This document shows, piece after piece, positions 50,288-57,971 of a stretch of 60,861 bases of DNA. Made by a program: the position numbers and the translations under genes. Position 1 is the first letter of the stretch. Each line of letters starts with the position of its first letter. The notes beneath the pieces were generated by a model. The model worked only from the letters and a program-made list of their open reading frames with translations, searched no databases and was not told the origin of the DNA. Source of the DNA: an uncultured virus (IMG/VR IMGVR_UViG_3300042881_004014) (Duplodnaviria; Heunggongvirae; Uroviricota; Caudoviricetes); IMG/VR virus record IMGVR_UViG_3300042881_004014; one strand, given 5' to 3'.

Positions 50288-50902
50288 TTATAATGAATTA
50301 GGATAGTAAAGTAATGTTGGATTTTTCTTTTGAATATCCGGTATCTCCTTACCACGTTCTTTTATTTGTTTATTAAATTCCATAACATCAAATCGTTTGG
50401 TAATCAAATGAACTCCATTTTTTGTTGGAATCTTTGTGATTATCTTACCACCATCATTTGGCTTAACCATCTCAATGATATTTGAAATCATATTTTGTAT
50501 ATGTTGTGATGTAGTATCAACATCAACAATCCATCTCTTCTCTTGTGTTTTTATTTGTCCAACAACTGAATCGAATAATCCCTTTTGATTATGGTTACCA
50601 TTCTGAATACGTTGTGCCAAATCAACCATCATACTAAGTGATACATCAAAGTGATTTTGTTTCTGAACGTGAATGTAAGCTCTTGCCTTAAACATCTCAC
50701 ACATTTGAACAATCTCATCCCATCTACGGTCCAAATGGTCAATACTCTCAATACAATAAGTTTTGATTGTCCTTACTGATTGATGATTATCTCTTTCTCC
50801 TTCAGGTTGGTCCTTCTTTCGTTTGAAAACATATAACATATAAAAGTCACCCCGCTTTTCAAAGTTCAATAATGGCTTAATTAATTCTAAATTGTTTATC
50901 AT
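50288..50902 (-). CDS. Conserved phage protein
   Basis: RKKD, ARAYI, WIVDVD, PTKNGVHLIT motifs. Confidence 0.7.
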   Translation of the reverse strand: MINNLELIKPLLNFEKRGDFYMLYVFKRKKDQPEGERDNHQSVRTIKTYCIESIDHLDRRWDEIVQMCEMFKARAYIHVQKQNHFDVSLSMMVDLAQRIQNGNHNQKGLFDSVVGQIKTQEKRWIVDVDTTSQHIQNMISNIIEMVKPNDGGKIITKIPTKNGVHLITKRFDVMEFNKQIKERGKEIPDIQKKNPTLLYYPNSL

Positions 50903-50906
50903 AACT

Positions 50907-51209
50907 CTAAATTAAATGTAATAATATATAAGAAAGTTTATATCCAGCAAACGCACCTAATGCAGATGGAATTGGGAATACAATAAGTTGTCCGAAATCG
51001 GTAACATATTTAGGTCGATTTACAATCTTACCCATAAAAAAGTAATAAACTAAATATCCAATGAATACTGCTATATCAGTTCTAGTTGCGATAAATACAA
51101 CTAACATTGCTCCTAAGAATCCAAAGATAAAGTTATCTCTAACACCTTCCCATATTTCTTGTGTGGTGCAATCTTTCCATTCCTTAATAATCTTTTTATA
51201 CTTACTCAT
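50907..51209 (-). CDS. Membrane protein
   Basis: Start MSKYKK behind promoter; three hydrophobic helices. Confidence 0.6.
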   Translation of the reverse strand: MSKYKKIIKEWKDCTTQEIWEGVRDNFIFGFLGAMLVVFIATRTDIAVFIGYLVYYFFMGKIVNRPKYVTDFGQLIVFPIPSALGAFAGYKLSYILLHLI

Positions 51210-51295
51210 ATCAATTAATTTTAAGTCAAATATACAAAAAAAAATCGATATCTCCAAAGAAATACCGATTTATTTTTAATTAATTTTAACCAGTT

Positions 51296-51682
51296 TTATC
51301 CGTTGTGATTATGTATATCAGATTCTTTAAAAATAAGGAATAAACCCATTGCTAATAGTATAGCTGATAGGATAATTCTATAAGGTGATTGAATCATAGC
51401 TCCATTCACACATTGTAACGAAAACAAACCAGCGGTATATATAGCTGTACTTTGTGGATACAATGCGTTGATGCGTTTAAATGTATTGGTTAACGAAAAC
51501 CATAGTACACCCAATAACAATATAACTCCAACAAATATTAGTGCCGGTAGATTTAACCCAACCCCAACTGCAATAACCATAACAGTTATTAGGGATAGAA
51601 ATAAAGCTAACAGGTTTCTTAGAAAAAAAGTGGTACCACTAATTGTACCATTGAACTGAAAATACTTTTTGATTGCGTTCAT
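51296..51682 (-). CDS. DUF805-like membrane protein
   Basis: YFQFNGTISG..F; KR motif after TM2. Confidence 0.6.
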   Translation of the reverse strand: MNAIKKYFQFNGTISGTTFFLRNLLALFLSLITVMVIAVGVGLNLPALIFVGVILLLGVLWFSLTNTFKRINALYPQSTAIYTAGLFSLQCVNGAMIQSPYRIILSAILLAMGLFLIFKESDIHNHNG

Positions 51683-51704
51683 TTATTTGGATAGGAATTT
51701 ATTA

Positions 51705-51904
51705 ATGAGGTGTGGGTTTGAATCAGTAATCAAAAGATAACCAGGTTTCAAAGAAGGTTGAATTTCGTTGATGGTGGGCGACAGTTGACTCTAAAATGGT
51801 TGAATGTTGTGTATCTTTCGTTATCGTAATCGTTCATCCGCTATGTGCCTCATAGTTGGCTTGTAAGATTATATTAAGAAAACTTCATCTCCCCCATTCC
51901 CTCA
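51705..51904 (-). ncRNA. Candidate structured RNA downstream of DIP1984-like gene
   Basis: Closing stem UGAGG..UGGG/CCCA..CCUCA; four internal UCAAC repeats. Confidence 0.45.
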
Positions 51905-51911
51905 ATATCTT

Positions 51912-52340
51912 TTAGATATTCGTATTTGAATTATGAATATCTAATTCGTTTTGAAGTTTCTCAACGTGCTCTTCGTATTGTTTAATGACTGCATCACGTT
52001 CGATTACATTCATTTCCACCTCTTTTACAGATACAACACTACCATATCTTTCAGTTTGTTTACCCTCAGAAACATCCATCTTTTTTAATTCTTTGATGAT
52101 TCCTTTGATTTCCGCCATTTGGAAGATTTTATCATACACCGGAGCGTTTGCTCTATGTAATCTTGCTTTCAATTGAACCAACTCATCGGTTAATTCAGCA
52201 ATATCCTCTAATTTTTTCTTCACACTATATCTACGAGGATTCCCCTCTTCAATAGAGTTTTGTGTTTGTAGGATTCTATAACACTCTTTAATTTCTGCCA
52301 CCAACTTATTTTTGGCTTTAAGGGCTTGCTTTACGTTCAT
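51912..52340 (-). CDS. DIP1984-family coiled-coil protein
   Basis: MNVKQALK..., LHRANA, LQNELDIHN pattern. Confidence 0.65.
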   Translation of the reverse strand: MNVKQALKAKNKLVAEIKECYRILQTQNSIEEGNPRRYSVKKKLEDIAELTDELVQLKARLHRANAPVYDKIFQMAEIKGIIKELKKMDVSEGKQTERYGSVVSVKEVEMNVIERDAVIKQYEEHVEKLQNELDIHNSNTNI

Positions 52341-52356
52341 TTTTTTATGATTTTAT

Positions 52357-52740
52357 TTATTGGTTTCTATACATTTTTACAAAATCCTCCAAATCGGATT
52401 GAACTTTGTTAATCCTATCGAATGCGGCTTTAACCTCCACACCTGATACAATCTTATCTCTGAATTTATTTTCTAATTCATCAATTGTTCTTTTTAATAA
52501 TTCGATTTGAGATATTGTAAACTTTACTTCATCTGTTGATATCTTATTAACTCTATTAATCTCACCATCTATACGTTGATTAACTAACCTATCTCTGGAT
52601 GATATTTCCCTATCCAATTCATCAATTAAATCCTCCAATTGGTTGATTTCTTTTTGTAATTTTCTACCTTTATAAAAGCTAAAACCAAATAGACCTATTG
52701 AAAATCCAAAACTCAGTAAAATTAAATTTGTGTAATCCAT
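52357..52740 (-). CDS. Membrane-anchored coiled-coil protein
   Basis: N-terminal TM plus coiled coil. Confidence 0.65.
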   Translation of the reverse strand: MDYTNLILLSFGFSIGLFGFSFYKGRKLQKEINQLEDLIDELDREISSRDRLVNQRIDGEINRVNKISTDEVKFTISQIELLKRTIDELENKFRDKIVSGVEVKAAFDRINKVQSDLEDFVKMYRNQ

Positions 52741-52770
52741 GCTATCTTAAATTAAATTATTAATATTTTG

Positions 52771-52856
52771 CGGAAAGAGTAGGATTCGAACCCACGATAC
52801 CTTTCAGTATGCCGGTTTTCAAGACCGGTGCAATCGACCAACTCTGCCATCTTTCC
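52771..52856 (-). tRNA. tRNA-Ser(TGA)
   Basis: Cloverleaf, long variable arm, CT-TGA-AA loop. Confidence 0.92.
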
Positions 52857-52863
52857 TCTTTTG

Positions 52864-52935
52864 TAGTCCCACCGGGAATCGAACCCGACTTTTCAGGATG
52901 AAAACCTGATGACCTAACCGATAGTCGATAGGACC
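52864..52935 (-). tRNA. tRNA-Glu(TTC)
   Basis: TCAGG-TT-TTC-AT-CCTGA. Confidence 0.92.
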
Positions 52936-53074
52936 ATATAAATGTGAGCCAAACTTATGTACTTAGTGGGTGTACTCCGTTTATACTACTCTCACATTCA
53001 AATCAGTAGTGTGATGTTAATGGTTGAAAGATATTTACCTTCCTTTCGGCCTACCATCGTGGCCCATGCGTTTG

Positions 53075-53150
53075 TGGAGCGAATAGCAGGAATCGAACCT
53101 GCATCTCCAACTTGGAAGGATGGAGTAATAAGCCATTATACGATATTCGC
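53075..53150 (-). tRNA. tRNA-Gly(TCC), encoded CCA
   Basis: CT-TCC-AA loop, U73-CCA. Confidence 0.92.
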
Positions 53151-53156
53151 TTATAT

Positions 53157-54010
53157 ACGATGAGAATACTCGTTTTAATGAACCAGCTTTATAAGGGTTA
53201 TTGGTTGCCTTAATTTCCACTTCCTTTTGAGAAGTACCAATTCAATGTGGGTAAGTAATGTCCTACCACTCATAAAGTTACAAACTACTCTCTTTGTAGT
53301 CCACCTCTTCGAATCTGCCGACCCGATTAACACCTCGCGATGCTAGAAGTTTTTCGAAAGAATCACATTTCCCTTGAGAGGATTTGTGGCAGGGAACAGC
53401 TCCCTACTATGTACACACCTTTCGTCTGCAACTGGTAACCTCTTTCTCTAGTTTGTTTTTTGATTTTGCGTCAATAGGCAAATTGAGTTTTGGTTTGTAG
53501 ATAAATTCAAGTAGTGGATTACCACTAGCTCCGCCCCATTTTGAAGAACGGAATACTATACTACTCGATACGTTATCTCTAACGTCATACTTTAAGATTA
53601 CTTCAGTACCCACTCTTTGGTGAGAGGTAGGTAAGGATGATAACAACACCACTTGTACTTCATCATACCTTTCGGTTTTAAGTAACCTTTAATATTGAAT
53701 CACGCAATGATAAGGAGAGATTAAGTCCTCACTTCTTGCATTAATTCTATGGGTTATTTTTATTGGTGTTCCCACCTCAACTGAAGTATCTACAATACCC
53801 CAGTCATCATTCCATTTCGCTACGGAGTTACCCTCACTACATTCAGGAACAATGATATCCCACTTGCCTACTCAAGCTCCATCCGAAGATGAAACCGCAA
53901 ACCCCTCTAAACCAAAGAGATTCACTTTATCCTACTTTCGTAGTTTATTTAACGACCATAGGCGGCCGTTATACACTATGTAGAACAAGTCTACTATGTG
54001 CAATATTTTC
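53157..54010 (-). ncRNA. GOLLD-like large structured RNA (about 850 nt)
   Basis: No credible ORF, raised GC, many hairpins with GNRA/UUCG loops, embedded among tRNAs, own promoter (54040-54071); size and context match GOLLD. Confidence 0.65.
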
Positions 54011-54015
54011 AATAC

Positions 54016-54027
54016 TTTCAAAGAACT
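54016..54027 (-). promoter_or_regulatory. boxA-like antitermination element
   Basis: AGTTCTTTGAAA just downstream of promoter; related copies at 56259-56270, 56724-56734 and 58838-58849. Confidence 0.6.
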
Positions 54028-54105
54028 AATTTTCTTTTTCAAAGATACGAATAATTTTTCAATTATCCTAATCTTTTTTTAATTATTTTTCAATAATTTA
54101 TTTAG

Positions 54106-54178
54106 TTGCGGGAGAGGGAATCGAACCCCCGACCTCAAGGTTATGAGCCTTGCGAGCTACCGCTGCTACTATCCCGCT
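54106..54178 (-). tRNA. tRNA-Met(CAT), initiator-like
   Basis: 1:72 mismatch, GCGGG acceptor, CT-CAT-AA. Confidence 0.85.
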
Positions 54179-54279
54179 ATATATGTTTAAGAACTTAATT
54201 TTCAACTTCTATGTATATAAGTATATACAAATATACCAAAACGTAAAAAAAATCGAAAAATAATTTAATTTTTTTATTG

Positions 54280-54353
54280 TGGACCAGAATGGATTCGAAC
54301 CATTGACCTACGCATTATGAGTGCGGTGCTCTAACCAACTGAGCTACAAGTCC
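54280..54353 (-). tRNA. tRNA(CAT), probably Ile2 (lysidine) or elongator Met
   Basis: GGACTTGTAGCTCAG...CT-CAT-AA. Confidence 0.85.
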
Positions 54354-54359
54354 AAAACG

Positions 54360-54480
54360 AGAGAGGGTTCGGGTCTTTCAAGGTTTCTGATTAAGTGCAA
54401 TGAGTGACGTCTTTCTACTATAAACCTTTTTTCGAAAATTAATACACTCTACCTCTTAATTACAGCTTCACTCCCTCTCT
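54360..54480 (-). ncRNA. Candidate rod-like ncRNA (possibly 6S-like)
   Basis: AGAGAGGG/CCCUCUCU closing stem; ACCUUGAA near 3' end. Confidence 0.35.
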
Positions 54481-54488
54481 ATTTTTTA

Positions 54489-54674
54489 CTACTTTGCGTC
54501 TGCTTCAGTAGTAATTTCTGCTACAGTTGAATCAGTTGCGATTACAGCTGATGAATCCGTTGCTACTGCAGTTGAGTCTGTTGTTGACGTTTCTGTGTTT
54601 GATTGTTTGTTTCCACAAGATGCCATAACTACCGTTACTGCTACTACTGTTAAAATTGCCATTACTTTTTTCAT
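54489..54674 (-). CDS. Small Ser/Thr-rich lipoprotein
   Basis: MKKVMAILTVVAVTVVMASC lipobox; TDS repeats. Confidence 0.75.
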   Translation of the reverse strand: MKKVMAILTVVAVTVVMASCGNKQSNTETSTTDSTAVATDSSAVIATDSTVAEITTEADAK

Positions 54675-54732
54675 AACTTTTGTTTTAATTGTTTTAAATT
54701 GATAAATAAACATAGGAACCTACCTATATTTG

Positions 54733-54827
54733 TAATCATAATTGGATTCGAACCAATTCCAGCTTTACAATAAAGAACCTTTCGATTCAACCTTTGTGAG
54801 GTGCCGCCAACCAATGGCCTTATGATT
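54733..54827 (-). ncRNA. tRNA-like RNA with rearranged anticodon region
   Basis: AAUCAUA/UAUGAUU+A acceptor, canonical UUCGAAU T arm, GCCA/UGGC D arm, no canonical anticodon arm. Confidence 0.6.
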
Positions 54828-54895
54828 ATTTAAATGAACTATACAAATATACGAAATGTTTTTCACAATTCCAAATATTTTTTCATTTATTTTTG

Positions 54896-54969
54896 TGGAG
54901 GATATCGGAGTCGAACCGATGACCCCCTGCGTGCAAGGCAGGTGCTCTAGCCAGCTGAGCTAATCCCCC
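54896..54969 (-). tRNA. tRNA-Ala(TGC)
   Basis: G3:U70, CT-TGC-AC. Confidence 0.93.
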
Positions 54970-55066
54970 ATTAATCACATCGTACCGGCATTCTGGTTCT
55001 CGCTAACAGAAATTCCATCTCATTTAACCCAGTCTGTGCGATGTGGGTACCGGAGGATGTGATTTG

Positions 55067-55145
55067 TAGTCAGAGCCGGATTCGAACCGGATAAGCAACC
55101 ACTTTATTGGATTCGGGAACCGTCCCTCATTACGCCCATCTGACC
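55067..55145 (-). ncRNA. tRNA-like RNA (acceptor and T arm intact, D/anticodon arms non-canonical)
   Basis: GGUCAGA/UCUGACU+A; CCGG-UUCGAAU-CCGG. Confidence 0.6.
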
Positions 55146-55220
55146 ATTTTAAACATCCAGTCTGACCTTCCAGACAGTACAAGTCGGTATTAATTTCACG
55201 TGCCGTTTTGTAGTGAATGT

Positions 55221-55463
55221 TTAATATCCTATTTGTTCTTTAATCTCCCATTGCTTTTCAATAGAAATTCTTTCAATTCTCTCTACTGGTACAAACCCAT
55301 CCAATCCCTTATCTTTAACATCTTCAAAATGTTCGATAGTATCTAAACGAAATCCGAACTTATATCTGATGTATTGGAACTTTTCACCATCCCAATATGC
55401 AGTATGGTTATTTCTGCAAAATCCATTGTACCAACCTTCTTTCATTTCAATTTTTGGTATCAT
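55221..55463 (-). CDS. Hypothetical protein within tRNA array
   Basis: 80-aa ORF. Confidence 0.65.
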   Translation of the reverse strand: MIPKIEMKEGWYNGFCRNNHTAYWDGEKFQYIRYKFGFRLDTIEHFEDVKDKGLDGFVPVERIERISIEKQWEIKEQIGY

Positions 55464-55477
55464 ACTTTTTGTTTTAG

Positions 55478-55551
55478 TGAACCCATCAGGAATCGAACCT
55501 GAAACCTACACATTAGAAGTGTGTTGCTCTATCCAATTGAGCTATGGGTCC
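55478..55551 (-). tRNA. tRNA-Arg(TCT)
   Basis: ACACA-CT-TCT-AA-TGTGT. Confidence 0.93.
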
Positions 55552-55570
55552 AAATTCACACTCTATTTTA

Positions 55571-55735
55571 TCCAACTACAAGTGTGGTGGTTGTCCCCAT
55601 AGCGGGCCCATTGGGCCTTTGATTGGGTTAGGAATAAACCAATTAAACTCTTTCGGAGCAGATGGTTAATCTGGATAGAGCCTTTCCCTATCAGAAGTCC
55701 CATATGGCCATCACACCACTTCTCATCATATTGGA
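55571..55735 (-). ncRNA. Unassigned multi-stem ncRNA (about 165 nt)
   Basis: Long closing stem plus five short hairpins. Confidence 0.5.
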
Positions 55736-55765
55736 CATACTATCCGTTGTATGTTACGGAACGTG

Positions 55766-55837
55766 CGGTCTCACCGGGAATCGAACCCGGCATACCGCCG
55801 TGACAGGGCGGCGTTATAGCCGATTAACTATGGGACC
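55766..55837 (-). tRNA. tRNA-Asp(GTC)
   Basis: CT-GTC-AC, G73. Confidence 0.93.
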
Positions 55838-55923
55838 AAAAGTGATAGGTGACCCTCCTATCGTGAAATGATATATCATTTCTTTTCTTTATAGAATCCG
55901 AAGATACTGTAGGAACATTTTTG

Positions 55924-55996
55924 AGCCTCCGGTCGGGCTCGAACCAACCACCTGCTGATTACAAATCAGCTGCTCTACCAAATGAGCTACGGAGGC
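55924..55996 (-). tRNA. tRNA-Thr(TGT)
   Basis: GCTGA-TT-TGT-AA-TCAGC. Confidence 0.93.
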
Positions 55997-56157
55997 AAAA
56001 TTAGGAAAGCTACCTGATATCTTTACAGCCGAATTAGGTACGGATTTCTACATTTAGAATGTTCCTCAAATTCAAACCCCTTTTATGTCCGTACTATGTG
56101 GAGGATAAAAAACCACATTAGTTGATAAAAAATGAATTCTTCACCTCTTTCCTATTG

Positions 56158-56242
56158 TACCGATGGGCGGACTCGAACCGCCACGAGCATTACTACCCAA
56201 GGGATTTTAAGTCCCTCGTGTCTACCATTTCACCACATCGGC
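56158..56242 (-). tRNA. tRNA-Leu(TAA)
   Basis: CT-TAA-AA, variable arm. Confidence 0.93.
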
Positions 56243-56352
56243 ATTTTAGATTTTCAACATGTCAAAGAACAAAACTGTCTCTCTTTTACTATGTAAAGAT
56301 ACAACATAATTTTGAATTATACAAGCTTTTTTAAAAACTTTTATAATTTTTG

Positions 56353-56719
56353 TGGAGGTGGCGAGAGTCGAACTCGCGTCCAAATACGGATTTAATAAAC
56401 ATCATTCACAAGCTTAGTACATTTTTCTTAATGTACAAAATAGATAAAGATTTATACATTCATTATCATTAATGTTTCCAACTCGATTTCGGGTTCAGTT
56501 GGGTTCCACCTGAGTTCACATTCTATTTTAAGTCCCACGATGTGTGCGGGAGGGATTATGCTGCTACAGCGTAATCGGCACCAACGAAAGACATAGCATC
56601 TTCGAAGGTCATTGTAGATAATTCTACTGCGTTTATTGTTCGATAGGTATTTACGGATTTCCATCTAACCCGGCTTGCAACTTACCAATTCATCGTACCT
56701 GTCAAAACCAGGCACCCCC
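56353..56719 (-). ncRNA. ssrA: tmRNA
   Basis: GGGGGUG/CACCUCC+A with G3:U70; UUUUGAC; T arm UUCGACU; tag ORF 56630-56556 AVELSTMTFEDAMSFVGADYAVAA*. Confidence 0.92.
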
Positions 56720-56802
56720 ATAAATCAAAGAACTTATCTTTTTTGATACTTCAAATATACAAAATCTTTTTGGTATTTCCAAATTTAATTTCAATTATTT
56801 TG

Positions 56803-56876
56803 TGACCCCGAATGGATTCGAACCATTGACTCCCTCATTAAAAGTGAGGTGCTCTAACCAACTGAGCTACGAGGTC
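56803..56876 (-). tRNA. tRNA-Lys(TTT)
   Basis: CCTCA-CT-TTT-AA-TGAGG. Confidence 0.93.
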
Positions 56877-56882
56877 ATTCTG

Positions 56883-56952
56883 AGGTTAAGGTTGGAATCG
56901 AACCAACTCCGTAGATTTTGCAGACCTACCGGCCTCCAAGACCATCCTAACC
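56883..56952 (-). tRNA. tRNA-Cys(GCA), compact non-canonical
   Basis: U73, 5-nt D loop, 6-bp anticodon stem, 3-nt variable loop. Confidence 0.8.
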
Positions 56953-56956
56953 ATTC

Positions 56957-57409
56957 CTATCTACAAGTGTAATCTGCTGCCCTTGTTGCGATTTGCATAT
57001 CAGGTTTAAGATTAACTTCATATCCTAATGAGTTTGCCCAACCCTTTGTAGATTGTACTAACTTAGAAGAGTAATGCTTTTCATTTAAGTTGTAATCTAA
57101 ATCAATCTGAATAGTTACACCTAAGTTACTCCTTAACCATTCAGCCACTTCAATAGAATATTCAGTTTCTTTCCACAATCTTGTCCACTTATCTAAAATC
57201 TTATCTACTTTTAGTTTGTGATTAATATAGTGTACACCTGTATTACCATACCTATACGCAATTACAATTGAATATGATGTACAATCTGATAAGTTTTGAG
57301 AATCACACCCAATATGAATATCCGCATGTGGACATTCTTTTAATATATCAATCGTATGTTGTACGATATCTACCACTTCCCCATTTACTTTTCTAAAAAC
57401 TTTTACCAT
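56957..57409 (-). CDS. RNase H-like YkuK/DUF458-family protein
   Basis: IGCDSQ, RLWKETEYSIEVA, IDLD, S, KP, AAD. Confidence 0.8.
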   Translation of the reverse strand: MVKVFRKVNGEVVDIVQHTIDILKECPHADIHIGCDSQNLSDCTSYSIVIAYRYGNTGVHYINHKLKVDKILDKWTRLWKETEYSIEVAEWLRSNLGVTIQIDLDYNLNEKHYSSKLVQSTKGWANSLGYEVNLKPDMQIATRAADYTCR

Positions 57410-57435
57410 TACTATTAATATTAATTATTAAATTG

Positions 57436-57508
57436 TGGAGGTGAGTGGAATCGAACCACTTCCTCTGGATTTTCAGTCCAGCGCTTCTACCAAGTTAGCT
57501 TCACCTCC
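57436..57508 (-). tRNA. tRNA-Phe(GAA)
   Basis: CTGGA-CT-GAA-AA-TCCAG. Confidence 0.92.
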
Positions 57509-57513
57509 TTTTG

Positions 57514-57584
57514 CACGGGTAGAAAGATTCGAACTTCCATCTAAGCTTTTGGAGAGCCGTATGCTACCATTGCACCATACCCGT
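57514..57584 (-). tRNA. tRNA-Trp(CCA)
   Basis: CT-CCA-AA, G73. Confidence 0.9.
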
Positions 57585-57590
57585 ATTTTG

Positions 57591-57662
57591 TACACTTAGA
57601 GAGATTCGAACTCCCATTATCCGGTTCGTAGCCGGAGGTTCTATCCGTTGAACTATAAGTGC
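57591..57662 (-). tRNA. tRNA-Arg(ACG)
   Basis: TCCGG-CT-ACG-AA-CCGGA. Confidence 0.92.
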
Positions 57663-57666
57663 ATTG

Positions 57667-57748
57667 TACCCAAGGAGAGACTCGAACTCTCAAGCCTTTC
57701 GGCCACGGTTTCTAAGACCGCTGTGTCTACCAATTCCACCACTCGGGC
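57667..57748 (-). tRNA. tRNA-Leu(TAG)
   Basis: CT-TAG-AA, variable arm. Confidence 0.92.
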
Positions 57749-57755
57749 ATTGTTG

Positions 57756-57829
57756 GGTGATTAATGGGATTCGAACCCATCCTATCAGAATCACAATCTG
57801 ACGTGCTAACCGCTAACACTATAAACACC
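57756..57829 (-). tRNA. tRNA-His(GTG)
   Basis: G-1:C73, TT-GTG-AT. Confidence 0.92.
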
Positions 57830-57896
57830 ATGTTGTGTATAATATATTATCCATTTACCCCATATATCTGAGTTTTATATAATATATTGTACATTG

Positions 57897-57966
57897 TTGT
57901 GTGTATGAGGTTCGAACTCATTTGGTCATCCTTATGAGAGATAACTCTTTTCCACTAAGCCACACA
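57897..57966 (-). tRNA. Atypical tRNA(CAT)
   Basis: UGUGUG/CACACA acceptor, 3-bp D stem, 7-bp anticodon stem, CU-CAU-AA, T arm AUGAG-UUCGAAC-CUCAU. Confidence 0.7.
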
Positions 57967-57971
57967 ATTTA

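Noticed and set aside
54733..54827. Selenocysteine or intron-containing tRNA
   Set aside because: 7-bp acceptor, no UCA centred in a U33 loop, and the insert is too short for a self-splicing intron
55571..55735. Detached specificity domain of a split RNase P
   Set aside because: No CR-II/CR-III T-loop motifs and no evident complementarity to the 57972-58153 RNA
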